From the NCBI GenBank assembly GCA_964106645.2, contig OZ067039.1: a DNA stretch of 64,000 nucleotides. The stretch is one strand, 5' to 3'. A program made the translations under genes and the position numbers. This document shows positions 1-12,700 of this stretch, one piece after another; the stretch's first letter is position 1; every line of letters begins with the position of its first letter. The DNA is from Podarcis pityusensis. Its lineage: Eukaryota. Below the pieces are notes generated by a model, which saw only the letters and a program-made list of their open reading frames with translations, had not been told where the DNA came from and did not search any database.

Positions 1-279
1 GAAGAAGGTAATACATTTAGATCACGGGGGAGTTCAGTGATAAGAATTTACAGACCTACGGCCGTGTATGTGCGAAAAAGAAAACGTACCCAGGCAATAT
101 TTGATTTTAATACAAGCAGTATTTGTTTCTAATGAGGGAGTCTGTGCCTTTAGGTTACATTGCTATGGCAGGCTTTAGTGGCTTGTGTGCAACTTGTGTA
201 TCTAGAGTGCCGTGTTACATCACGTCGCGGCAGTGTGTAAACAGAAGGGGGAGGGGCAAGCGCAGAGCCCTTCTTTGGA

Positions 280-345
280 CAGGCTCCCGGAAACTCAATG
301 GAGTCTCTCGTCTGGTTGCCCATTTATGGACACAGGAAGCAGTGC
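280..345. promoter_or_regulatory. Serum response element (CArG plus ETS), probable IER2 upstream enhancer
   Basis: Perfect CArG box CCATTTATGG at 320-329, followed by CAGGAAG (333-339) and preceded by CCGGAAA (about 287-293). IER2 is a known SRF/TCF-type immediate-early gene. Confidence 0.6.
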
Positions 346-3300
346 TGCTACGAGCGTAAGCATATTTTACAACGTTGGTAAACGCAGCCTTGGCTCCGCC
401 CCTGTCGTCATGGTCCAATAATACATGCAAGGAAGCGGTAAGCAGAGAGGCTGGGGTGACCTAAATAGAAGGAGGAGCCTGTTGAGCGAAGGAAGCCCTG
501 GAGAGAAAACCGACGGGGATCCAGGAGAGAGTCCTCGCTCAGTCACCATAGTGATCGGGTTGATCTGGTAAAAATGCGAACTGGCCTCTCTGATTCTGTC
601 ACGAATGAGTAAAAGATTTGCTTTTAAAGTGAAAGCCTCTGATACGTGTGCGTGAACGTGACTTAGTAAACGGTGATGCGTGCAAAAAGAGCGCAACATA
701 ACCTCTCAGTAGCGTGTGCGCGCACGGCTAGTAACAAAGCCTGGTGAGTATAAGGGAAAATAAGGAGAGCGAGACCCACTGATAGCAAGACCCACTGACC
801 ATAGCTTGGAATCCTCTTCCTAGTCGAATAGCCGTGGTGGCGACAGCACAATTTATTGTTTCAGCAATTCTGGCAGAGGAGGGAGGCAGCAGATAACAAT
901 TCCAGTGACACAAGCTGACAAGGAAGAGAGAAAGAAGCTCCCTCCCCCACACTCTGCTACTTACTGTGGTTGTTGTTCCCAGGGAAGGGACACATGACTA
1001 GGACTCAGTATTTCCCCCGGTTGAGCAATGAGAGCTGTAAAGCAGGAAAAACTACAGTACCTGCCTGCACCATCTCTCCCACTCATGCTCCTGCAAGATA
1101 CTTGCTGGTCAATGGTGGGAACTGCTACTGTCCCAGCAGCAAGCCTGAATTCTTAATATGTTTTGTGTGCAAAACGTCTTGAACATGAAAGCATTATGTG
1201 TCAAAGTGTACAAGAATTCTTGCATGCCCAGCCATGCCAATAAAGAATCATCAAGTGTAAAGTGTGTCCTACAGTTGTCAGGCTCTGTTGTCAAGCTGCA
1301 GAAGGGATTCTGCCTGCAGAGTTTGGCCTCTGCCTATCTGGGCTATACGTGCTCTTGACAGAGAACAGGAAGAATGGAGCTGACCTTTTTATGCTTTCGG
1401 CTTGTTAAAACGGATGTGAAAAAATTGTCATTCCAAGTAGTGAATCAGCTCCTTGAAGACAAAGCTGAAAGCTATGTGCAGTCAGTGCTTACTAATCTGA
1501 CAACTTCAGCTAAATCTACATGATGGGGCAAGAGCTTGAGCTTTCAGAAAGTGTATCTTGCTCACCATTTACTTACACCTGCAGTGCCTGTTAAATAGTT
1601 TTTGTACTGCTTTGGTTTTGAAGTTCCAGAGGTCTTTTACAATGACTTCCTCACCATATTCTGTTGAGAGTTCAGCAGTCCCATAGCCTTACTCGGCTTT
1701 TGATGAAATATGAGGATTGCAAGCATCAACTTGCAACCACAGTACAGTTGAAGATTTTGTGGTTGATTTAGCTAATGAGGCAATTTTGAATAGTTCAGCA
1801 AATCAAATTAAAACGATTCATACATATATCTGATTGTATTTGCATTAGAAGTAATTCTGCATAAAAATAAAACAGATTTGCTACAGAATGTGAGTCCTTA
1901 ACCGTACTGTAATGAGCTTCCAAATCTAAGAAATAATTGTCTGGTGATTGTGGTTTGTCAAAGCAAAAATAGGTCAGAGTTCACCTTTCCCCTGGGTATG
2001 GCCCAAGTAGAGTAGAACGAGAATGGCATGCTTTGGGAGTCCAGAGAGGGAACCCAGGGAAGCAAAAAATTAAGAGAATTGCTACCAGGAATTCCCCCAG
2101 GACATCAACTGACACAATTAAGGCACTTTCATTCTGAACATGCTTACGTAGAAGTATGTTCTGTTGAAATCAGTGCAAATTAAATGCACATACAATGTTT
2201 AGGTATCACTTATGAATACTCTGAATTTAGAAAGGCAAAATCAACAGCACATTATGGCCAATTCAGGTTTTTAGTTAATTATGAATGTGGGAAATGCAGT
2301 AAGCCATTTAAGGCTACAGTCTTCTGCACTCAGGAGCAAGTTCTGTTAAAATCAGTAGGGATTCCTTGTAAACGATCATGGATGGAACATGTGTCACTTA
2401 TGGAAAACAGCTGAAGTGGGAAACCATGCTTACTCATTTCCTAGAGCTGTTTCACACACACATCTTTATTACTTGATTATAAAAACAAGCAATGGATGGA
2501 TTGCGTGTGTGAATGAGCCATCAGAGATCTAACCCAGTAGCTAATAAGGCATGTAATTTCAAATGCAAGGCTTTTCAATAAAGTCAGATATTTAATTCAT
2601 CAAAAGTATAGCATGGGACAATCCTGAGATCTACATGTATGTGTGAATCTGGCCTTAGTGAATAGGAAATGGGGAGTGGATCAATAGCCTCCCTCCAAGT
2701 CTAATGAAGATATGCAAAAACTTTTGGTTAAGATTAGTCAGGACAGAGCCGATATATGTCTTCTAGTCGCTGCTTGCAGCATTGCCTGGCTGATGCTTTC
2801 AGAACCATGGAAATAGAGATTCTGCTGCAGGCAGAAATAAACAGTATTGGCCTGATTGGACATTCACTGAGCATTTTCTGCAACACTCCTAACTGCACAC
2901 ACTGAGCACCTCTTGAAGGTGCCATATTTCACAGAGAGATTTTGTGCACTCGTTATTTCATGGCAGGCCCACGTATGCAACCCATTAAAGCAGGACCTGC
3001 GGTCCTCCCAAGGTGGTTGGGTTGCAACTTTCATCATCACTAGCCGTGCTGACTGAGGCTGATGGGAGCCCAGCAAAGGCATCCAGAGAGCCATGGCTTC
3101 CCCACCAGGGAAGACATTCCACTACCTGTGGTGAAGACGGTCTCTTCCCCACCATGTGCAGAAGCCCACCAGATTTGGAGCTGCACCTTGCTTCAACACT
3201 CTTCCGCCACATCTGGTGTCAGTAGTTTCAGGACAGGCTGCGCTCTGCCTGCTTCCTAGTCCTTCAGCATCTTGCTGCTTGAGGCTGACACCTCACAATC

Positions 3301-3521
3301 CTCCAAAGGGCAGAGCCATCCCTGTCCCCTACCCCTGCCTTAAAGGTAAGTTCACCAACTTGATACCGTATTTGGGCCATGATGGCTTCTGCATGCATGA
3401 ATGGGCCAGTGTAACACAACTTTCCTATGGCCCTTCATTTGCCATTCATCAATCGTATTCTAGTGAAGGGAAACCGAGTGATGATGCCCATGCATTGCCC
3501 CATTCCGACCGTACTCTTAAC

Positions 3522-3592
3522 TCCCAGCTGTAAACGTGCATGGAAACCCGCCCCATAATTCCCAGCTGTAAACGTGCATGGAAACCAGCCCC
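3522..3592. repeat. Tandem direct repeat, 38-bp period, 2 copies
   Basis: tcccagctgtaaacgtgcatggaaacc(c/a)gcccc starts at 3522 and at 3560. Confidence 0.9.
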
Positions 3593-3949
3593 GTTGATTT
3601 CGGTCGAACCCAAACCCATGAAACGTGCTTCCAGTGAAGCCAACACCTCTACACTTAAGTAAATGATCTAAGGAATCTGCAGCCACAGGTCGTGCATGCT
3701 CCTTAGTTCTTCCCAGGGGACGAGCTTTGCGTGGGCAGTTGTGCAGCGCACTTATCAGAGGCAGCCCAAGTTCCAGGCTCCTCTTTTGTTGGCGGCGGCA
3801 GCAGGAGCAGCCCCTTTCAAGTCCTGTCCCCGCTGGCTGCCTGGCTGGCTGGAGGGGGGCCGGGCCCTTTGCTCTTCCCTCCTCCCTTCCCCCACTGCCT
3901 GACATTTCCGCCTCCCCCTCCCCCTGCTGGGGAGGGCGGCCAGTGGCGC

Positions 3950-4070
3950 GCTGCGAAAGGCCGGATGCGGCTCTCGAAGTGGGCGGAGGAGGCCCAGGCG
4001 CTGAGATCACCGGCGGTATAAAAAGAAGCGCGCTGGGCGCGGCCTCCTTCAGTCGGGGCGGACGTCACGA
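3950..4070 (+). promoter_or_regulatory. IER2 core promoter (TATA, Inr, ETS, CRE-like)
   Basis: TATAAAAA at 4017-4024, Inr-like TCAGTC around 4049-4054, CCGGATG ETS core at about 3961, GC boxes, GACGTCAC at 4061-4068. Confidence 0.75.
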
Positions 4071-4252
4071 GAAAGGCTTCTTCCGAAGGCTGCGCTTCGC
4101 AAAGCAAAGCAAAACAAACACCAATTAAGACCCGGGGGCACGCGTCACTTTCGCCTTTTAAGGAGAAAGCGCCAGAGGTCTCCCTCCCGGCTCCTCACAG
4201 CCCCCGAACAAGCCGAAGAGACCCGAACCGCGGCGAAGCCGGCTCCGCCATC

Positions 4253-5017
4253 ATGGAAGTGCAGAAGGAAGCGCAGCGCATTATGACCATGTCGGTGTGG
4301 AAAATGTACCACTCGCGGATGCAGCGCGGCGGCCTGCGTCTCCACCGCAGCCTGCAGTTGTCGCTGGTGATGCGCAACGCCCGGGACCTCTACCTCTCGG
4401 CCAAGCTGGAGGAAGAGGACGAGATGGCCGCGGGCGGAGGGAGCGAGGAGGACTTTGCCGGGCGCCCGGAGCCGCAGCTGGACCTGCAGGGCGAGGCGCC
4501 CGCCCCTCAACATCTGGAGGCGCCTCCGGCGACCCCCTTCCCCCAAGCCCTGCCCGAGCCGGGGCCTCTCCCCGCCGTACAGCCATCGGAGGCGCCGCCG
4601 CCTGCTCTGCCTTGCGCCACTCTTGATCCGGAGCCCATGGAGACCCAGGAGGAGCTCGACGGCAGCTCGCCCGCGCCGCCCGCGCCTCCGCCGGCGTGGA
4701 GCCGAGGCGCCCCCGGGCCTCAGGCGGGCGCCGCCAAGCCTAGCCGCAAGCGCCGCAGCAGCAGCTTGGGCAAGATCGGTGCCGCCGAAGCCGGCCTGGT
4801 GCCCAGCAAGAAAGCCAAGCTGGTGGAAGAGGAAGGCGAGCGGCAGCCGCAGCGCCAGGAGGGGCCATTCCCGAGCTTAGCCAGGGTCCTCCAGGACCGC
4901 TTCTCCGGCTTAATCCTCCAGCCTCCGCCGGCCAAAGGCGCCGACGAGCCCAAGGCGAGCTGCAGGCAAGGGGACGGCGTGCTGAGCATAATGGTGAGAG
5001 CCGTGGTGGCCTTCTAA
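4253..5017 (+). CDS. IER2: Immediate early response 2, intronless, 254 aa
   Basis: The N-terminus MEVQKEAQRIMTMSVWKMYHSRMQRGGLRLHRSLQLSLVMRNARDLYLSAK is the IER2-type IER domain. It has a basic NLS-like RKRRS...KKAK, the C-terminal VRAVVAF and a good Kozak context (gccatcATGg), and it lies in a CpG island. Confidence 0.97.
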   Translation: MEVQKEAQRIMTMSVWKMYHSRMQRGGLRLHRSLQLSLVMRNARDLYLSAKLEEEDEMAAGGGSEEDFAGRPEPQLDLQGEAPAPQHLEAPPATPFPQALPEPGPLPAVQPSEAPPPALPCATLDPEPMETQEELDGSSPAPPAPPPAWSRGAPGPQAGAAKPSRKRRSSSLGKIGAAEAGLVPSKKAKLVEEEGERQPQRQEGPFPSLARVLQDRFSGLILQPPPAKGADEPKASCRQGDGVLSIMVRAVVAF

Positions 5018-6724
5018 AGCGCCCCCGCCAGGGACTCGTAGCTGGAAACCTCGCTCTCTGCGGAGAAGCGGAACCTGCTGAAGCCCCTCTCTCGGCGGAG
5101 GAGCTGAGCACCACCTCCCGCTCCCGGCCCGCCGGCCCCCTCTCCTTGGTGGCGGGGCCTGGGCGGCGAGGAAGACGCGCCGCGGGAGGCTGGTGAAGGA
5201 CTGGGGGCGGGCGGCGGGGAGCGCTGGTGGGTTCCCTCCTCCCATTTTCTCCCCCTCCGGGTTTAGGCGAGAGACGCTCTGGTGGCTGTGAAAGACGACG
5301 AGACAAAAGGCTGCGGGCAGCGCGGCGAAGGAGGACGCCCCACCTCGGCCAGTAAACCCGGGACGCGGCTGCGGTGCGCTATGCGCCGGACTGGACGCAG
5401 CGGCGGCGTGGCGGGACACGATACTTTGGGGGGGCGGCGGCGGGCAGCGGACTCTAGGAAAACGGGAGAGGCTCGCAGCCCGTCGGGCCTTCGGAAACCG
5501 GATTCGGGCGGAAAGCAAGCGCGATGGGTGCTGGGTGCACTTTTTTTTGGTGCTAGTCGATAACAATGACGTGTTCATTCTGCCGTTCCTTAACTAAAGT
5601 TAATTGCCAGATCTGAGTTTATGTTTCTGTCTCCTCTCCCCCCCCCACCCTTTTTTCCCCTCAACGGGACTGGAAAGGTCTGAAGGTTTGTTAGGCAGCT
5701 CCCCTGAAGGGTTAAAAAGAGTCATGCTGAGAATTGTCGAAGAAAAGCAGCTTTTGTCAGTCCCGCTCCTGTCTGCCCAGTATTCTTTTCCTCAGGGCCA
5801 TCCCTTTTTTTCTTACCTAGTAATTAAGAACGATGAAGTGGCCTGTTTCTTTGTGCCAGAGAAGATCTCCGAACCAGATTAGTCTTGCCAAAGTGTGTGT
5901 GCTGAGCAGGAACAGAAGGAGGGGAGGGGAAAAAACCCAACCAGTCATACTAGTTATGACACATCTCTCATATGACTAGCATTTGCATTACACTGGGTCC
6001 ACGACTGCAGGGGATTTCCTGCTTCTGTTGCCTTGGCTGTGTGTGTGTGTGTGTGGTTGTTGTGGTTTTTGTTTTTTAAGGTGTGGGTGGAGCCCTGAAT
6101 GTCTGGAGGGTGGGGGAGAGGAAGACAAGTGGTTTTTCTTCCCCTAAAGATGTCATCTTAAAAGCTCGCTGGCGGTTTTCCTAGATGACTGAAGCTGTTT
6201 ATGCACTGAACAGTAATGAGGGGTACTGTTTTACATCCACAAACATTTTTCTCTTTCCACTCCATATGCAGCTTGGATATTTTTCACCCAAATCAGGAGA
6301 ATGGGGGCAACGAAACCTGTATTCTTTAAATGGGTGTGTTCTGCAGTGTCTTGTCTCTAAAAAAACAAACAAAAAAACAGTATATCAAGTCAATTTATGA
6401 GATTTCTTGACACCGTTTTTGCCTTTGTTCATGATTTTTTCCTCCACTCTCTTCTCTCAAATGTATGAAACAGTTGCTGTTGTGCTGGATTTATCTGTTG
6501 TGTCATCTCAGTGCTTCAAAAGTGTTAGTTTGATTCAAGCTTTAGGGTTGGGAGGAGAACAGTAAGAATGTCTTCCGAAACTGGTTTTCAAAATGGGCAG
6601 TAGAATGGTCACTGTCAAGGTACTTTGTAATGCTAATTGTATGTAATCTGAATTTGCCTCAAAGAGGGCAAAATACAAGTTTATTTGGTTTTATCCTCAT
6701 GGTGTTAATATTTTTGGTCACTGA

Positions 6725-6730
6725 AATAAA
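6725..6730 (+). terminator. Probable IER2 polyadenylation signal
   Basis: AATAAA followed by a U/GU-rich tract (tgtttttttt...ctgtggtgtt), with ATTTA motifs upstream in the presumed 3'UTR. Confidence 0.55.
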
Positions 6731-9700
6731 GGCCATCTGTTTTTTTTACTTCTGTGGTGTTCCGTTCTTAATTTAAAAAAAAACCAACCATTTGTGAACT
6801 TCATTGAGAATTCTCTCTTGGTGGAGAGGATATGGGAGGGGAGGAGAATGTTCAAGCAGCTACTCAAACCTACCTCCAAATGTATGAGGCCTCCTGCTAC
6901 ATTAAACTAGTCAAGGTACAAAATAAGGAACTAGAGAAAAGAAACAAGGGGAACAGCAAAGTTAGTGACAGGGCAGGCAACCTTTAGTTCCTTAACCAAC
7001 TGCACATTTGAAGAGCCAAACTTCCAAGCATGTGGGCTCCTGCAAATCTGAACTATTCAGTGTTGAGATATGGAGTAAACAAACTCTCCAAAGCTCTGCC
7101 CCCAGCCTTCTATGAATTAGTGTGCTGGACCCTTGGGGCATCCAGAACTTGCTGTTGATTATGTAGCTGTTTCTAATGGTGGGTGGAATGGGGTGAGAAG
7201 GGGTTGTCAACAAGATTAGCCTTGATTGTTTGGGTAGCAGTCCAGTCCCGATGGGGTCGTAGATGTTTGGGATCACTTTTCAAATCTCACCATGCTGGGT
7301 AGCATGGGTCAAGCAAGTCGAGTTGCATAACAACAATGCTTGGTTTCAGGATGGATGTGAGAGCATGGGAAACTTATATTTAGAGCTCCAGTAACAGCTT
7401 GTAAACTTGTTTATGATGGAACTAAAATAGCCTTTCCATAAACATGGGCCACTAGCCAGCGGATAGGGCTGGCAGGCAGGAGCTTAGATGCAAGTATGCT
7501 TTGCAAAACATTAACAGTAGCAGTATCTCGAGGTAATCCCCTAAAAGGGAGCAACTTATGCTTGTCTGCAGTCCCTGATCATGTAATGGAAACCTTGTCA
7601 TAAGAACTTGTTTGCACAATACAGGTTTGCCAGATTAGACCCCATGGATGTTGAGAAACATTGCAAATCACCAAGGAAGGTTGTGTGTAGTCCCTTTCAA
7701 CTGAAATATAAAACAGGACAGATGTATACATTCTAATTTGGTGAGGGATGCCCTCGTTTAATAACCCTCAGCAAAGTGGCGATAAGTCTTTGTTTCATTC
7801 CCTGTGATTTTTGTATTTTCAAATACAGCCACAAGACATTTGAAACAAGGGGGTGGTTGATGACTGAAGGAATGAAATATATGTTGGGAGAATGGGTGTA
7901 ATCAAGAATGTAAGTGTGCCTCCTAAATAATTCACACACTCTGGGATGTGTGCTTCAGGGAAAAGTCTAGGATTTAGCATCGGTAGTTAAAAAGCTAAGG
8001 GTAATGCACCAAGGATTTATTAAGTACTTTCTTCAGAACCCCTCCGGTTTCAGTGGATGCTTCCTGAGACAGCTGAGCAAGCAGGTGGGGCGAGATCAAT
8101 GGGGAAGAGCCCCCAGGGGTTAAAGGAACACTGCCGTGATTCAAGGCTCAGGAATTTACTCCTTGTAATCTGAGCTGCTGCCAGTTTAGAGGCCGTAACC
8201 TGGTAATTTTCCCTTCTACAACAATGCTGATTGCCTGCCCCAGTGCTTTTATAAGATTTAATTCCTCCTCGACTGGTGTAAAGTGCTTTGAGTTACCTGG
8301 AATAGGAATGACTGACACCAGTTAGCCACTTTTGTTTGCTTTCACTGCAAAGAGTAGGATTATGTCTTGCTGGACACATGAGAATCCTTAGGCTAAACTA
8401 TGGTTGTAAACCTGCGTGTGAGCTGTGCTGCATCGGAATTACAGGTCAGGACTTGCATGAGCCTCTTGATAAAAACATTTCCCTGCGCATAGAAAACTTA
8501 TGTTAATGAGAACTAGGCCTCAAGTTCAGCCCAGCCCTAAATTTTCCCACAAAAACCCACTCCACCCAGTCTCGTGAGTCAGCTGGAAAGCCAGTCTCTG
8601 CTGGAGGAGCTCTGTCTCTCTGGAAAATACACTAGTGGCTTGGCCTGATAGGATGGGTATGTTGTTGTGACCTCCTTTCCTATGACAGCGGAGTATTTTG
8701 TACAGACAGAACCAAAGATGTTGGCTCAGTCTGGGGAGCTCTGCTTAGATCTTGGGCATAATCTTTGCCCTTCCATAGCGTAGTTGGTGTGCCTCACAGC
8801 ACAGCCAAGGAGGTCTGACTAGAGTTAGAAGGCACACCCATGTGCCCCAAGGCCTTAACTGCTCCTGTTACTTTTCAGTCAAAGGGGTTTTGTGTTATCT
8901 CTTTAATTCACAGCAACAATATATAAAAGAGAATTGGGGGGGTATTTAAACAAGTTAGGGCAAGATAATTTCTAGAAGTAAGGCTGGGGTTTGGAGTCAA
9001 GACTCGCCACACATTCTTCGTTGAACAAATGTGTGTGTATTTGGAGAGAGGAGGCAGTTCTGTCTCTTTTTGAGTCAGGAAAGAAGCAAATGATAGGCAT
9101 CTGTTTTCAAAATACCAATTAACTGGCATTTTGTAGAAGTTTGAGCCTCACAGAAATCTGAAGTGGCCTTTTTCATCCTGTGATACTTAAAAAATTCTGT
9201 AACATCTTCATCAGTGTAACTTAAGTGCTAAACGTTTCAAGATAAGACCAGTATATGGAAGAATATGTTAAAACCTGTGCATTTGAACTAGTACTTAACA
9301 ATAAGGAGAGTCCTGTAGAACATGAACACATAAAATCCACTTTCACTAACCACATGGGAGCTGAATAAAGCATGTTGCCTATTTAGTGCATCTGATTTAT
9401 CAGTTAATCTATGGCAGAGATAGACTTCCCAATATTTATAGCACAGGCTGTGACAGAATAAATTTAATTAGGAACCATTCCCCCAAGTGATCCTTGTTAG
9501 CAACTTCAAGGCATAAGGGGAGAATGGCTATGAACTTCCTTGCCCAAGGCAAGGATCAGGCTTGCTTCGTGCTACATGGTGGACCTTGTTCTGCCAGACT
9601 GCTGAATAAGTTGCAAGCCGTTTCATGCTGGCTATAAATGATGCAAGGCTTTCCATGCAATGCCTTCTAGTCTACCTCCTTGTGTGTTCTGGAAATCCAT

Positions 9701-12700
9701 TTCCTCCTGGCATGGAGGAATATATTTTTTTTAAGCACTTGGAGGAAATATACACCATTTAATCTTATCACACTGTGTTCTGGTGAGGGCTATTTTTTTA
9801 ATTTTTAAAAAAGTAATCAGTGTTCCCTTTGCAGCCCAGGAGGCCACTGAAAACAATGGAGAATTTTCCCAGCTGTAGTTCCCAGTGTCCCTAGTAATAC
9901 ATGCAACAAAGTGTTGCCATGCATATAAGGATCTCAGGTAGGAGGGATGAGGTAAGAGTCTGCTCAGTATCTTGAAAATCTGCTCTGACTCACAGCAGCT
10001 CACAGGCTACAATATGCCTCTGCATAAGGCTGCTGCTTATATGTGGAAGCAAAAGGACAGTGAAAACATCCCACAGCTTTGGGTTCCTTCTGACATGTCA
10101 TTTGTTATGCAACATAGTTATTTAGCATATGCTCTGCAAGGTTTCTCCCACGTCAAATGAAGTGCAAGGCACCTGGACAACTAAAACCCTCAGTTTTCTT
10201 CCCCCTGTTTGCAACATTATACCAGACTTGTACCAGCTGAAGATGTGTGTGAATTCCAATGTTTCCACAATCTTCCTCCCCTGCCCCCCTCCCTTAAGCT
10301 TTCTAGCTGTGTGGGAAACCCTCAGAGAGCCCAGGCGATTCTGCATTGCACCTAGGGGCCCTGTCACGCCATTGCCTGTGCAAGACACTCCCCCTGTGAA
10401 AAGACAGAAGGGTCTTTGATAACGCCCCAAGCACATCTCCAGCAGAACAAAGGCAGCATAGCTAATGGCTCCCACTCACACAGTGTGACTCTCTGCCAGG
10501 AATCTGAACTCCCTCCACCCCCTAAAGGCACAGGCTGAAGGACAGAGAGGGAGGAGGAGGGGAGGAAAACGCATCTAAGCCAGGATATGGGGGCTGCAGA
10601 GCAAAGGAGGCCTGGCACACCAAATGCAGTGCAGTTAGGTCGATTTCCTGTGCATCAGCTACCCCTGGAGACAGGATACCAAAGCGGATGGCCTGTTCCG
10701 CCTTACCATGAGCTGGGCTGTATCCGGCACCTGCTAAAGTTCCTGTGTTCTCACGGGGAGAGGGGAGGAAGAGGGGAGGGGAGGGGAGAGCACCAGAGGG
10801 AAGGGGTTTGCACCTTCAGCCTGATGAGGTCCTTGGCTGGGTGACCGCAGCTGCTTTCTCTGCCAGCTATTTGCTGCCACATGACAAAATATTTCAGTTC
10901 GTACGGAAATTCAGCTTTCTCTCTTCTGGTTTCACCAAATTTTGCTTTGTCTCATTTAGTGAGAGGCAGGAAGAGAAATAGTTTCCAGCTCTGCTACAGT
11001 CACAATACATGTGCTACCTATCACAGGGCAAAATACTAGAGCATCAAGGAGGATTATAGTAACTCATTCAGAGGAGATGTTTGCATGCCCAGTCTCCCAA
11101 ACTGTAAGCACTGCTATCTGCATACCCTTTTAAAGTGATACTGCCCAAGATACTTGGGTTATATTCCTGGCTTGTTCAAGCCAAGAAAGTGGCTTGTTCA
11201 GGTTACAAAGCTGGTGATTAAGACCAGCTTCCAGGCCCCTGGCAGCAACTACTCACCCACACTTTCTGTGGCTGCAGACAGAAACCAGGAGTTATCCCTT
11301 AATTGCCTTCACACACATCCACCTGCTTGTACTGTGAGATCTGCTTCCGAGGCTCTATTTCTGCCACCCCTTGTGGGAGCAATTAGGCTGGTGGCCACAA
11401 GGGACAGGGCCTTCTTGGCAGTGGCCCCATGATAAGCCAGGTCCCATCACTGCAAGCCTTTATGTTTCCACATGTCTAAGGAGGAGTCTAATTGGGCTGT
11501 TGTAACATTGTTGTGATTTTCTTTTGTTTTTGTGATTTTTACTGGGTAGAGTGTTACAATGTTGTTGCCGGTTACTGTTTCTAATGGCGTTGTTGTTGTA
11601 CATTTTACATTTATTAAGAATTACATGCTGTTGACATAATGTTGGGAGCTGCCACAGGAGGGTTCTTTGCTAAAATGGTGGCTTGTAAGCTTTTTAAATA
11701 AATAACTCCCTCCTCCCCAACTACTCTGATCAATGGATCCCTGTCAAAACAAGCTCTCCGTTCCAGTTCATTACTCCTGCCTGCCAATATTTTCAATTAC
11801 TTCCTTCTGCCCAGAACCCCATCTCCCATCTATCCTCAGCTACGGCTCAGTCCTTGCTCTTTGTGATACACCAGCCAATCTGAATGGAAGGTTAAGTCTG
11901 AAAAGCATACAGCCCTCCGGAGTTGCTCAAGGTTTTCATTCAGAGTTGTTTTTCTCTGCCCAGCTTCCCTTGACCTGAGTGAGTGCACCCTTGCTATGCT
12001 TCTCATGATCTGCCACATTGCTGCGGCAGTCTGGGATCCCACAATTACTACACTCCTCAGCATGTGGAATTACTATGGGATATTATCCTGGGCAGGGAAG
12101 CAGCCAGACAACCTCATTAAATTGCTCCAACCCGGGCAATTATGGGCCACACCTCGGAATAATTAGCACCCCTGGGAAACTGCTTTGTAGGCAGGCTGCA
12201 TAAGCAAACAGCTAGAGCAGGTTATGCTACAAGCTCGGACTCTTTGAACGTTTACCATGTGCCCTTGGAGCTGGGTGAGAGAACCAGCCCTTATTGGAAC
12301 AGAAACGGTCTGCCAACTGTTTTCTAAATTGAAAAGCAGGAATTATGTCTCCAGTGCTCAGGGGTGTACCTGGGGGTTGGCGGAACTGGCCCCTGCCAGG
12401 GGTGCAGGTCTGGAGTAGGGGCAAAAATCACCTATCAGACCATATATGTGTCTCACAGCAAAATCAAACAAGGGAGAAGCTTCCCATCCACCCTGCACTG
12501 TGGCACAAAGGCGTGTGGACTTATTTGCCCTTTCTCCTAACTTTGCCTTCGCTCTGGATGTTTTGAGTACTGTACTTAGATCATGTAAAATGAAGTAATT
12601 TCCAATGTGGCTATTGTAGTACAGTGATTTTTTTTCCCCCTGTAGGGGGGCAGGGCTCCAATATGGCTCCCTGCCAAGGGGACAAGGGATCCTAGGTATG

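Noticed and set aside
3435-5578. Long overlapping ORFs around IER2 (191, 188 and 222 aa and others)
   Set aside because: Low-complexity shadow frames of a GC-rich island, with no recognisable domains.
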